64,000 nucleotides of DNA from a virus (Duplodnaviria > Heunggongvirae > Uroviricota > Caudoviricetes), in IMG/VR virus record IMGVR_UViG_2029527006_000005; one strand, 5' to 3'. Shown in pieces: positions 9,377 to 17,166 of this stretch. Numbering within the stretch: the stretch's first letter is position 1; each line of letters starts with the position of its first letter. Position numbers and translations under genes: made by a program. The notes beneath the pieces were generated by a model. That model was not told the DNA's origin, ran no database searches, and worked only from the letters and a program-made list of their open reading frames with translations.

Positions 9377-9405
9377 ATTATATCACAAAAAAACCCTTTT
9401 GTCCC
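9377..9405 (-). promoter_or_regulatory. promoter GGGACA-N12-TGTGA-TATAAT
   Basis: Same motif with identical 17-nt spacing at four loci. Confidence 0.8.
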
Positions 9406-9408
9406 AAC

Positions 9409-9798
9409 TTAAAGATAGGTACGCTTCAATTCAGTAGGTGAACGATCAAAGATTGCGTCAATAAATGCAATGTCCTCAAGGAGTTCAGTACTATCCTCTT
9501 TTCTACGCGAAGTTTTTTTGTACGGATTATTTATACCTGAAAAAATCACCTTCACCGGGGAGTCGGTATCAATCTCATTATCAATGAGAGTACAAGTATA
9601 AGAGAGCTTTAAGTACTTCTTATTCTCTTCTAGTGCTAAACGAGCTACTAATTCTTCTATACCAGTTAAATGTGAAATGCTATCAGATTCTTTCAAAAAG
9701 GTAATGGTGCACATAATACTTTTAGTATCGTACATATCAGTTACGTTCTTAACAGCACTAACACATTCTAGTCCAGAAAAATCAATATCTTGAATCAT
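9409..9798 (-). CDS. hypothetical protein
   Basis: ATGA overlap with upstream gene. Confidence 0.6.
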   Translation of the reverse strand: MIQDIDFSGLECVSAVKNVTDMYDTKSIMCTITFLKESDSISHLTGIEELVARLALEENKKYLKLSYTCTLIDNEIDTDSPVKVIFSGINNPYKKTSRRKEDSTELLEDIAFIDAIFDRSPTELKRTYL

Positions 9799-10148
9799 CT
9801 AGTTCCCCATTTAATTACAGTAGTAGTTACTTGTTCTTCCCAAACATCAACAATATCGCAATCCACACCCTCTTTATCATAATAGAAGGGGGTAAGCATC
9901 TGTGACTCGGTAAGCCCTTGTTCATAACGAGTATGATACCCTTCTCCGGTCTCGGTGTCAATAAAAACTAGATCGTGAACACTGTTCCAGCGGGTGGTAT
10001 CTACCTGCTCATTGTGAAGTACTTCTAGTACTAAATCATCATCAAAAGCACCCATACTCTCGTTCCATTTCTGACCATAGAATGTAACTTTACCATATGA
10101 GTGTGCAAGACGTTCCATAACGTCTTGTGGGAATCGTTTTGTCTTCAT
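9795..10148 (-). CDS. conserved phage hypothetical protein (DxxRW...GLTESQ family)
   Basis: GGAG RBS; motif VDTTRW..HDLVF..YEQGLTESQ. Confidence 0.65.
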   Translation of the reverse strand: MKTKRFPQDVMERLAHSYGKVTFYGQKWNESMGAFDDDLVLEVLHNEQVDTTRWNSVHDLVFIDTETGEGYHTRYEQGLTESQMLTPFYYDKEGVDCDIVDVWEEQVTTTVIKWGTR

Positions 10149-10159
10149 AATTTCTCCAT

Positions 10160-10190
10160 AAAAAAAGGGAAACCCGTTTGGATTTCCCTT
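10160..10190 (-). terminator. intrinsic terminator
   Basis: AAGGGAAA...TTTCCCTT followed by T-run. Confidence 0.7.
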
Positions 10191-10201
10191 ATTGTATTTT
10201 A

Positions 10202-10843
10202 TTATGCCTGTTCTGTCAACACTTTTTTCAATGCTTTGTTATGACGATTATAAGCCCCTACATGAGCCGCACAGAGGCCGCTGAGGTAATCGGCTACCTT
10301 GGCTTCACGCATCTCATTGCGGTGCTTCACGATGGCCTTGTACTCTTCCGTACCCTCTTCACGCTTACGCAAACGATAATGATGTAGAGATGTAGCACGA
10401 CTAGTAATCAAAGACTGACCATGCTCTTTGTAGCGAGCCAAGAAATCTTCAAGGTTTGGATAGCGAGATCCACGTAGCTGATTACACTTTCTGCACATAG
10501 TGTTGAAGTTTGATTCAACATCGGGACCACCTTGGGATTTAAGAATGTTGTGGTCAACGGTCATTAGTTGCCAAAATTCACCCCAAGTAGTTTCTGCACG
10601 TCCATAAACGTTTAAGTGCATCATACCAAAGATAGCATGAGTACCTTTACCTTCTTCTAAACGTACTTCATGAGATTCGATCCCGCAGCAAATACATTTA
10701 CTATTCTTCAAGAAAGTTGCAACTTTCTCTGGGAAGTAGTTAAACTTCACACCATCAACTTCTGCACTTGTCATCGGACCAGAAGTTTTTAACGTTTTCA
10801 GAACATCTAATGGTAGTACTTTATTGACTTTATAACCCAGCAT
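10202..10843 (-). CDS. HNH endonuclease (Zn-binding, McrA-like)
   Basis: CICCG...TVDHNILKSQGG..VESNFNTMCRKCN. Confidence 0.8.
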   Translation of the reverse strand: MLGYKVNKVLPLDVLKTLKTSGPMTSAEVDGVKFNYFPEKVATFLKNSKCICCGIESHEVRLEEGKGTHAIFGMMHLNVYGRAETTWGEFWQLMTVDHNILKSQGGPDVESNFNTMCRKCNQLRGSRYPNLEDFLARYKEHGQSLITSRATSLHHYRLRKREEGTEEYKAIVKHRNEMREAKVADYLSGLCAAHVGAYNRHNKALKKVLTEQA

Positions 10844-10854
10844 AATAAAACCTC

Positions 10855-11193
10855 TTATTTGGTTTGTATTTTTTGTGTCTCTTGAAGTTTACGGATAGTG
10901 TCTACCAGTGAATCATGTGTCACTGCACAATCGGTGTAAATATCATCCCATTTGACGAGTACTCTCATCGTTTCCTTACCATCATACAACTGTTGCCCGT
11001 TTTCGTCAAGCATTATATTGCCTTTTTCGTCACGTGCTGGTACTTCTGGTAATGGCGTATCTTTCGTACATTTTTTGAGTAATGACTCCTGTACGATAAT
11101 TGGCTTAACATCACCTTTGACGGTTTTTGCACAACCTGATAGAGACAATACTATCATAACGCAGCAAGCAATTGCAAGTAAAAATTTACGCAT
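10855..11193 (-). CDS. o-spanin (outer membrane lipoprotein)
   Basis: Signal peptide with lipobox LSGC, two further Cys, directly downstream of the i-spanin. Confidence 0.75.
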   Translation of the reverse strand: MRKFLLAIACCVMIVLSLSGCAKTVKGDVKPIIVQESLLKKCTKDTPLPEVPARDEKGNIMLDENGQQLYDGKETMRVLVKWDDIYTDCAVTHDSLVDTIRKLQETQKIQTK

Positions 11194-11546
11194 TAGTTAG
11201 TTCTCCGTTTATTAGATTCTTCCTTGAGCTTCTTAAGAGCGTCAACACCTTCTTGGTCGAGTGATGGGTTTTTGTAAACCTTCTTCTCTACAATGATGGG
11301 AATCTCTTTCTCAATAATTTGAGCCTTACTTTGTTTAATAAGTTCTTTAGTATCTTCTAAGTTCTTAGCACCTTGTGCCTGAATATCAGATAGACCCTTA
11401 TCAAACATCTTCTCAATTTTGGCTTCTAGGTTGTCTTTGTACCCATGATATACTTCATTCGATTTCCAACCACCCAAGAAAGCCCCAATAACAAAAACTA
11501 GTATTGCTAATGGCTTCCAAAATTTCTGTATGAATGCAAAATTCAT
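11193..11546 (-). CDS. i-spanin
   Basis: Single N-terminal TM plus coiled-coil periplasmic region; TAATG coupling to lipoprotein gene. Confidence 0.7.
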   Translation of the reverse strand: MNFAFIQKFWKPLAILVFVIGAFLGGWKSNEVYHGYKDNLEAKIEKMFDKGLSDIQAQGAKNLEDTKELIKQSKAQIIEKEIPIIVEKKVYKNPSLDQEGVDALKKLKEESNKRRTN

Positions 11547-11550
11547 ATAT

Positions 11551-11582
11551 CCTCCTTTGTTTAACTACAATTATTTAGGAGG
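11551..11582 (-). promoter_or_regulatory. late promoter inside RBS-sequestering hairpin
   Basis: Minus CCTCCT...AGGAGG stem; TAAATA at 11572-11577. Confidence 0.6.
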
Positions 11583-11589
11583 TACAAAT

Positions 11590-11614
11590 AAAAAACCCAG
11601 CACATGGCTGGGTT
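11590..11614 (-). terminator. intrinsic terminator
   Basis: CCCAGC-loop-GCTGGG followed by T6. Confidence 0.7.
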
Positions 11615-11619
11615 AATTT

Positions 11620-12042
11620 TTATTTACGATCTAGTATCTCACCAAGGGTGGTATCTGGATGTTCTTCTAAACTGATATCAACACCGATAATTTCTTCGAA
11701 GGTGATAATAATTTCAGCCATATCGAGTGAATCAATGTTTTCTAGTTCAGTGATATCATGAATGGTAAAACTGCGAGTTAGATAAATCTTACTACCGTGT
11801 GCGTTTGAAACTACCTCTGACATTTTCTCAAGATAGTACTCTTCAGGTGTAGGAGGTGGTTGTGGTGCAACCATTGGAGCTTTACTTGCAATTTCCGCAT
11901 TGGTAATTTCATTTACAGTGATTTGCTTCATGTACTGAGTAGCTTCCTGTACTTTATGAAGAATAGCATAACGTTCCGCAGTATCTTCAGTACCGAAGTA
12001 ATGCTCCATTAGTAGATCAATAATCTCATTTAGACTTGGCAT
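11620..12042 (-). CDS. acyl-carrier-protein-like protein with N-terminal extension
   Basis: C-terminal 'ELENIDSLDMAEIIITFEEIIGVDI..E...TLGEI' matches the phosphopantetheine-site helix (DSL). Confidence 0.7.
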   Translation of the reverse strand: MPSLNEIIDLLMEHYFGTEDTAERYAILHKVQEATQYMKQITVNEITNAEIASKAPMVAPQPPPTPEEYYLEKMSEVVSNAHGSKIYLTRSFTIHDITELENIDSLDMAEIIITFEEIIGVDISLEEHPDTTLGEILDRK

Positions 12043-12613
12043 TTTTAATCCTATCTTTGAATCCCGCAGTTACGCGAATTAGTATTCGTTGACATTCACC
12101 TTCCATAATCGGACAGCTATGCAACACCTTGCTAGTGTACTTGTGTACCCAATTGATAGCAGCATTATACTCAACAAATTCATTCTTTGCAAGCACTTCT
12201 TGCACTGATTTACATCCAGTAATATCCATTGGCTCTAGTATGAATTTTGTACCGATAACTGTACTGTAAATGAGATGCGTTTCTGGATCGAAATCATCCC
12301 ATATGTCATTACAACAGTCAAGGTGGTATCCGTAGATACCACTACCTGAATCACCTTCATTTAATGAACGTACTTTATAATCAATTACCATTTCACGATT
12401 ATCATACTGTTTCATTGCTTTCATCATATCTTCAATTAGTGGTTTCAATGATGGATCACACATTTGAAGTACTTTTGAAGGTTTTTCATACTTGAGTACT
12501 AAATCAGGGATAGTATGTTTTGGTGGCTCATAACTAAACAAGTAACAGTCTATACTACCCACGGGGTTTAAATTAGTATCCAACTTCAAAATTCTGAATA
12601 GTAACTTGACCAT
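12026..12613 (-). CDS. putative 2OG-Fe(II) oxygenase / DSBH protein
   Basis: HxD (YHLD), distal His (VLHS) and Arg (QRILIR) in DSBH order. Confidence 0.5.
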   Translation of the reverse strand: MVKLLFRILKLDTNLNPVGSIDCYLFSYEPPKHTIPDLVLKYEKPSKVLQMCDPSLKPLIEDMMKAMKQYDNREMVIDYKVRSLNEGDSGSGIYGYHLDCCNDIWDDFDPETHLIYSTVIGTKFILEPMDITGCKSVQEVLAKNEFVEYNAAINWVHKYTSKVLHSCPIMEGECQRILIRVTAGFKDRIKNAKSK

Positions 12614-13061
12614 CTTTGGTCGCGATAACCAACCAATCAGTACCTAGTGCTTCTGACATTGAATACACTGGAACATCTAGTTCGATATCATTACATTCAC
12701 TTTTAGTTAGACCAGCATTAATTGCTGCGTACTTTTCACTAGGATTATCATTATCAATATCCCAACCTAGATAGCATTCTAGGAAATCTCCCAATTCACT
12801 CCAACCTTCTAGATCGTTGTGAATATATACTTGAGTAGTGTGAGTACATTCTTCACCATCATTCCAACCGGGAGTATAACCAGTTACATAAATGTGGGTT
12901 AGTTTGGGATACTTTGCGAATACTTCTGGGAAGTACTGTTCAAGTAGTTGAACACCTTTTTCACGTGCAGATTCTTTTAAGATCTCAATTTGTGCGTCAC
13001 GACGAACACCAATTTCTTTTAGTTCTTTATCGATATTAATAGCCACACTCATAATCTCCAT
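12573..13061 (-). CDS. hypothetical protein, paralogue of 13036-13479
   Basis: YTPGWNDGEECTH motif. Confidence 0.65.
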   Translation of the reverse strand: MEIMSVAINIDKELKEIGVRRDAQIEILKESAREKGVQLLEQYFPEVFAKYPKLTHIYVTGYTPGWNDGEECTHTTQVYIHNDLEGWSELGDFLECYLGWDIDNDNPSEKYAAINAGLTKSECNDIELDVPVYSMSEALGTDWLVIATKDGQVTIQNFEVGY

Positions 13062-13479
13062 CTTGGATTGAAATAGTACCGTCTACTTCACGTTTAGCAA
13101 AAACGTACCAATCAGTACCGTTTTGTTCTTCTAGTAGACCTTCAATGCCATCAATTGCATCTTCAATTTCGCGGCGTTGTTGGTTTGAGATGTTCGCGTT
13201 GATTTCACGTTCTTCAATCTCTTCTTCATCTGCATCATCTTCAAGGTATTCTTCAACGAAATCCATGATTTCACCACTTTCAATTGCTACGTGTTGAATA
13301 TGATAGCATGGATCACCGTCATTGAAACTAGGTGTATAAGCATATACAAAGACCATATCTAGGTCTTCATATTGTGCAAAGATATCTTCAAAGAAGGATT
13401 TTACCATTTCAGCCCCATGCTTCTCTACTAAATCTTTTGCTGATGCAATGTGCATACGATAATCTTGAATATAGCTCAT
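13036..13479 (-). CDS. hypothetical protein, paralogue of 12573-13061
   Basis: YTPSFNDGDPCYH motif; start reassigned to ATG 13479. Confidence 0.65.
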   Translation of the reverse strand: MSYIQDYRMHIASAKDLVEKHGAEMVKSFFEDIFAQYEDLDMVFVYAYTPSFNDGDPCYHIQHVAIESGEIMDFVEEYLEDDADEEEIEEREINANISNQQRREIEDAIDGIEGLLEEQNGTDWYVFAKREVDGTISIQDGDYECGY

Positions 13480-13487
13480 TTTAGATC

Positions 13488-14732
13488 TCACTTTTTGTTG
13501 TACCAATACATTTCATATAATTCTTCCATCACTTTTGCTGCAACCTTAATATCAGGCTTTTTGCGAAGTTGTGAGGACTTGACTAGTACTTCACGAATAT
13601 AAACCTCTTTATCGTTAAAGTACTGCATCATTTCTTCATAGGACCATGCACCATTTCGGATAGCTAATAACTCTGCTGCATCTGGTCTACGAACGTTAAC
13701 AACACCAGTAGTTAATGCTTCTTCGGCGGTGCGTAGAAGACGTACTACATGCATTGCATGTTTCGTATCATATCCATTTTTGGATTCAAGTTCCGAACGT
13801 TTTGCGTTGCGGTTCTTTTTCCAATCATGGTAGTGCTTACGGTTTTCGTTGTTCTCTTCAAACTCTTTACGATTGAATTTAACAATAAGTGCAGGAGTAA
13901 CTTTTAATTCCTCTGGAGTACGTTCTTTCTTACTATCCCATAAGAGGTTACCTAGACCCATTAGAGTCTTACTGCCTTCTTTTTCTACTACTGCAAAAAT
14001 ATCACTTCCGTAATGGATTAGTTCGTAATCATAATTGTAATGAGTAAGACTAAAATCACGATCAAGTACTTTCTCTGGTAGATAGTTGTGAACTAAACGG
14101 ACGAAGTGATGTTGTGCTAGTGGTACGGTACTGATAAGCTGCAACGAAGTATCACGCATGAATTTATCAAAATCAATGATAGTTTTGATATACATACCTT
14201 TACCTTTCGATGTATCAATACGATCAATTACGTAATCTGGGAAGTAATCATACATCCAATCAATAACTTGCTGGCAAGGATATTGGCTCCAGATTTCACG
14301 CAAACGCCGTTCTGCAATTTGCTCTTTCGCCATCCAACCGTGATGGTTTTTCATGCGAGTAGCTTGGTTGTGTGCATAGCCAGTGTAAGTATAAGCAATC
14401 TTAGTACTCAAGAGGTCATCTCGATAAGAACGTAAGTGATCGTACATTTCAGTACGTTGCACGATATCTTTATCGTCAACCCATAGAGTTTCTAGAATGT
14501 TTGGGTTAGCATCAACGCATAGTTCCATGAAGTGATTCAACTCAAAGAATTTGGTATCTTCTTCGGTTACATCATTTACTTCCCGGACGTTGAAGAAAGG
14601 GGTTAGTACAAATTTCTTTTCGGCTAGAAAGATACCTCGAAAGTCAACATCACTTTCTGGTGTACTTGTGCCATATGCATGTGAGCCAGCATAGTGCTTA
14701 ACTATCTGGCCTTTTAGGTGGTCATCGCTCAT
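13488..14732 (-). CDS. Pol-beta superfamily nucleotidyltransferase (RlaP/YcgL type)
   Basis: GSHAYG..TPESDVDFRG, NPNILE, GYA, GYDTKHAMHVVRL. Confidence 0.85.
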   Translation of the reverse strand: MSDDHLKGQIVKHYAGSHAYGTSTPESDVDFRGIFLAEKKFVLTPFFNVREVNDVTEEDTKFFELNHFMELCVDANPNILETLWVDDKDIVQRTEMYDHLRSYRDDLLSTKIAYTYTGYAHNQATRMKNHHGWMAKEQIAERRLREIWSQYPCQQVIDWMYDYFPDYVIDRIDTSKGKGMYIKTIIDFDKFMRDTSLQLISTVPLAQHHFVRLVHNYLPEKVLDRDFSLTHYNYDYELIHYGSDIFAVVEKEGSKTLMGLGNLLWDSKKERTPEELKVTPALIVKFNRKEFEENNENRKHYHDWKKNRNAKRSELESKNGYDTKHAMHVVRLLRTAEEALTTGVVNVRRPDAAELLAIRNGAWSYEEMMQYFNDKEVYIREVLVKSSQLRKKPDIKVAAKVMEELYEMYWYNKK

Positions 14733-15118
14733 AAAAATATAGTCATCCTATCTAAGAAACCGTTATAGTACTTCAAAAAATCCATCCGTAAAGCGTGGTA
14801 TTCATCATAGGTAAATCCTAAGTCCAATACTGTACTTTCTTGGAAGAAATTATCTTCAGTACTTAAATCGATTATATTGTATTGACTTCCTTTATTGGAA
14901 ATTTTGGTAAAATCTGTTCCATCTTCTGTGATTTCAACGAAGAAGAAATCCCCGTTAATATCCTTTGGACAAACGAAATTCAACGAACTGCGTTCAGTTC
15001 CACAGTACTCAAACTGTAGAATGTTATTGTCATTAAGGCTATAGAAAGTATCTTCGTCTAATATCTTATCACATTCCTTTATGGTTCTGATTAGTTTATA
15101 TACATCATTCTGAGTCAT
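14729..15118 (-). CDS. hypothetical protein
   Basis: Coupled ORF. Confidence 0.6.
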   Translation of the reverse strand: MTQNDVYKLIRTIKECDKILDEDTFYSLNDNNILQFEYCGTERSSLNFVCPKDINGDFFFVEITEDGTDFTKISNKGSQYNIIDLSTEDNFFQESTVLDLGFTYDEYHALRMDFLKYYNGFLDRMTIFL

Positions 15119-15413
15119 TTAGCATCTCGACAATGGTATTAAAAACTTCAATTATAACATCACCGTGACAAACGAGAGGTGCACAAGAACACCCGATTCG
15201 TAAACCGGATAGTTCTAAAAAGTCTTCAATTTCGAATTCACCACTCTCTAGGCCATCGTAAAGGTACTGTCGGTACATTTCGACAACATATTGCCGGGTA
15301 TGTCCTTTAGATTTATCTTCTGGGAAAGGGTTGCCCCATTTGCTTCCCCTACCGATATAAACGTCAAACTCACCTTTATGGCGGTTGACGAGTACTGGAG
15401 TTATGTACTTCAT
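15105..15413 (-). CDS. DUF4326-family protein
   Basis: DVYIGRGSKWGNPF...LSG..IGCSCAPLVCHGDV. Confidence 0.85.
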   Translation of the reverse strand: MKYITPVLVNRHKGEFDVYIGRGSKWGNPFPEDKSKGHTRQYVVEMYRQYLYDGLESGEFEIEDFLELSGLRIGCSCAPLVCHGDVIIEVFNTIVEMLNDSE

Positions 15414-15907
15414 GGGAACTCCCTTGTGTATTTTTTCTCGTATTCAGCAATTTTTGCTCTGGACTCAATATTAAAGTCAATTTGAGCAGAATTTTCTTTC
15501 TTGGTTTTAATTGCATTGTATACGCTTAGGAACACTTTAGCATTTAATTCATCACTTGTCAAGGTGTATTTTGAATCAATTTGGACTTCATCTTTGTGAT
15601 GATTCAATCTAAATTTATCAAAATTATCAGTCATAATGATAAACTCCAAACCAATAGTATCTATATTGACTAAGAATTTATTATAATCTGTTGAGTACCG
15701 TTGATAGTACTTCAAACCTCTTTTGTACATTCCGTGCAATATTGGGTGTACTTTGGCGATACCATACTTTGCTTCAATAATACGCTGACGTGCATAGTCA
15801 GAACCAGATTTGTGTTCTTGAACGTACTTATAAAGTGCTTTACTTTTAGCAATTACTAATCCGTAAAAGAACGGATCATATTCGTGCTTATGAATCTTTT
15901 TGAACAT
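15410..15907 (-). CDS. hypothetical protein
   Basis: Coupled ORF. Confidence 0.6.
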   Translation of the reverse strand: MFKKIHKHEYDPFFYGLVIAKSKALYKYVQEHKSGSDYARQRIIEAKYGIAKVHPILHGMYKRGLKYYQRYSTDYNKFLVNIDTIGLEFIIMTDNFDKFRLNHHKDEVQIDSKYTLTSDELNAKVFLSVYNAIKTKKENSAQIDFNIESRAKIAEYEKKYTREFP

Positions 15908-16517
15908 TATAAGTCTCCCGTATTTGACGTTTGATTGCCAATTTACGTTGTGCTTCCTCCCATGCTTCTTTATTCTTTTCGATAATATCTACACCCCTAA
16001 TAGTAGTGTAAATTAATAAAGCATGTTGTGGAGCTTCGTTGAGAACCATAATAGTACTACCAGCTTCACTTATAAGAGTGATTTCTCTTGATGTTACTTT
16101 AAACACAAAGTTGTTTTTTGTGTCAATAAGAGAGTATTCCTTTCCACTAGGAGTAATTGGTGGCTTTAATTTCTTGTGTTCAAATGCTTCACTGATAGTA
16201 TTAGCAACGCCATATTCGATTGCAGTACTAGAACCACTAGAACCTATCCATCCACCATAAAGCCGATGTGGTGGGAGAATTTCGCGAACACGAAGGAATG
16301 TTCCTTGGTATAATTCAAAAACATCCCCTTTAATTAGTGAATCAAAGATGTTCTTACATTCAAGTGGCATAGAAGCATACCAGTACTTGATGTTCATTGC
16401 CATGTTACGAATGTCATCGTTGTTTTCTCTTTCCCCATCGTACTCAAAAATCTTTTTCACGATAAACGGGTTATCAGAGTACATCATATTTGGCAGTACT
16501 GATAGAACTGATTCCAT
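15888..16517 (-). CDS. hypothetical protein
   Basis: Coupled ORF. Confidence 0.6.
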   Translation of the reverse strand: MESVLSVLPNMMYSDNPFIVKKIFEYDGERENNDDIRNMAMNIKYWYASMPLECKNIFDSLIKGDVFELYQGTFLRVREILPPHRLYGGWIGSSGSSTAIEYGVANTISEAFEHKKLKPPITPSGKEYSLIDTKNNFVFKVTSREITLISEAGSTIMVLNEAPQHALLIYTTIRGVDIIEKNKEAWEEAQRKLAIKRQIRETYNVQKDS

Positions 16518-17092
16518 TAATACATTCCTCTTAGTTTATCTGAATTTTTGATAACCAACTGTTGTCTTTTTAGTTCTTCTAAGTTCTCTAGCATTTTTTT
16601 GTGCGTAGTGACAATCTTAGCAACAATTAGGCGTTCGTTGTCATTAAACATTTCACACTGAGTGCCAAAGTACAATTTAACGTACTTAGGATCATACTTT
16701 GACCATTTTACACGTTCTTTGTCATACATAGAACCACGATCGATACCACGGCTGTGGTTGAATAGTGTGAAAGATACATCATTTTTCTTATCAATGAAAT
16801 GATAACGGCGGTCATCAAAGTTCGGGGTAAATTCCCAATTATCGGGGTTTTGTACCATATCCAAAACCATTTTGTACGTATGTGGACAGTTACTTAGCCT
16901 GTACTTTACGTGTATTAGTAACTTACGACCGCTGTCTCCCCATTCGGATACGAAGTTCTTTAATAGGAATGGGCTTTTCAAAAGCATAAGAGTGTATAGT
17001 GAGCACTCAATGCTTTCATCCACATTTTCCAATTGAATCTCTTTTCTCTTCGCCCGTTCAGGGGGAATAATATTCAAGACTGGTTCTGTCAT
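16517..17092 (-). CDS. hypothetical protein
   Basis: Start reassigned to ATG 17092 after GGAGG; sigma70 promoter upstream. Confidence 0.6.
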   Translation of the reverse strand: MTEPVLNIIPPERAKRKEIQLENVDESIECSLYTLMLLKSPFLLKNFVSEWGDSGRKLLIHVKYRLSNCPHTYKMVLDMVQNPDNWEFTPNFDDRRYHFIDKKNDVSFTLFNHSRGIDRGSMYDKERVKWSKYDPKYVKLYFGTQCEMFNDNERLIVAKIVTTHKKMLENLEELKRQQLVIKNSDKLRGMY

Positions 17093-17120
17093 ACATCCTC
17101 CAAAATCAACAAGTGCAGGT

Positions 17121-17149
17121 ATTATAGATGAAAAAAAAGAGGCTGTCAA
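17121..17149 (-). promoter_or_regulatory. consensus sigma70 promoter
   Basis: TTGACA-17-TATAAT, overlapping a terminator. Confidence 0.8.
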
Positions 17150-17160
17150 TAGACAACCTC
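17131..17160 (-). terminator. intrinsic terminator after tail gene cluster
   Basis: GAGGTTGTC-loop-GACAGCCTC followed by T8. Confidence 0.75.
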
Positions 17161-17166
17161 AATAAA

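Noticed and set aside
8665-9441. Short plus-strand ORFs 8665-8856, 8999-9202 and 9256-9441
   Set aside because: Non-ATG starts, no RBS, antisense to a promoter-terminator unit, atypical composition
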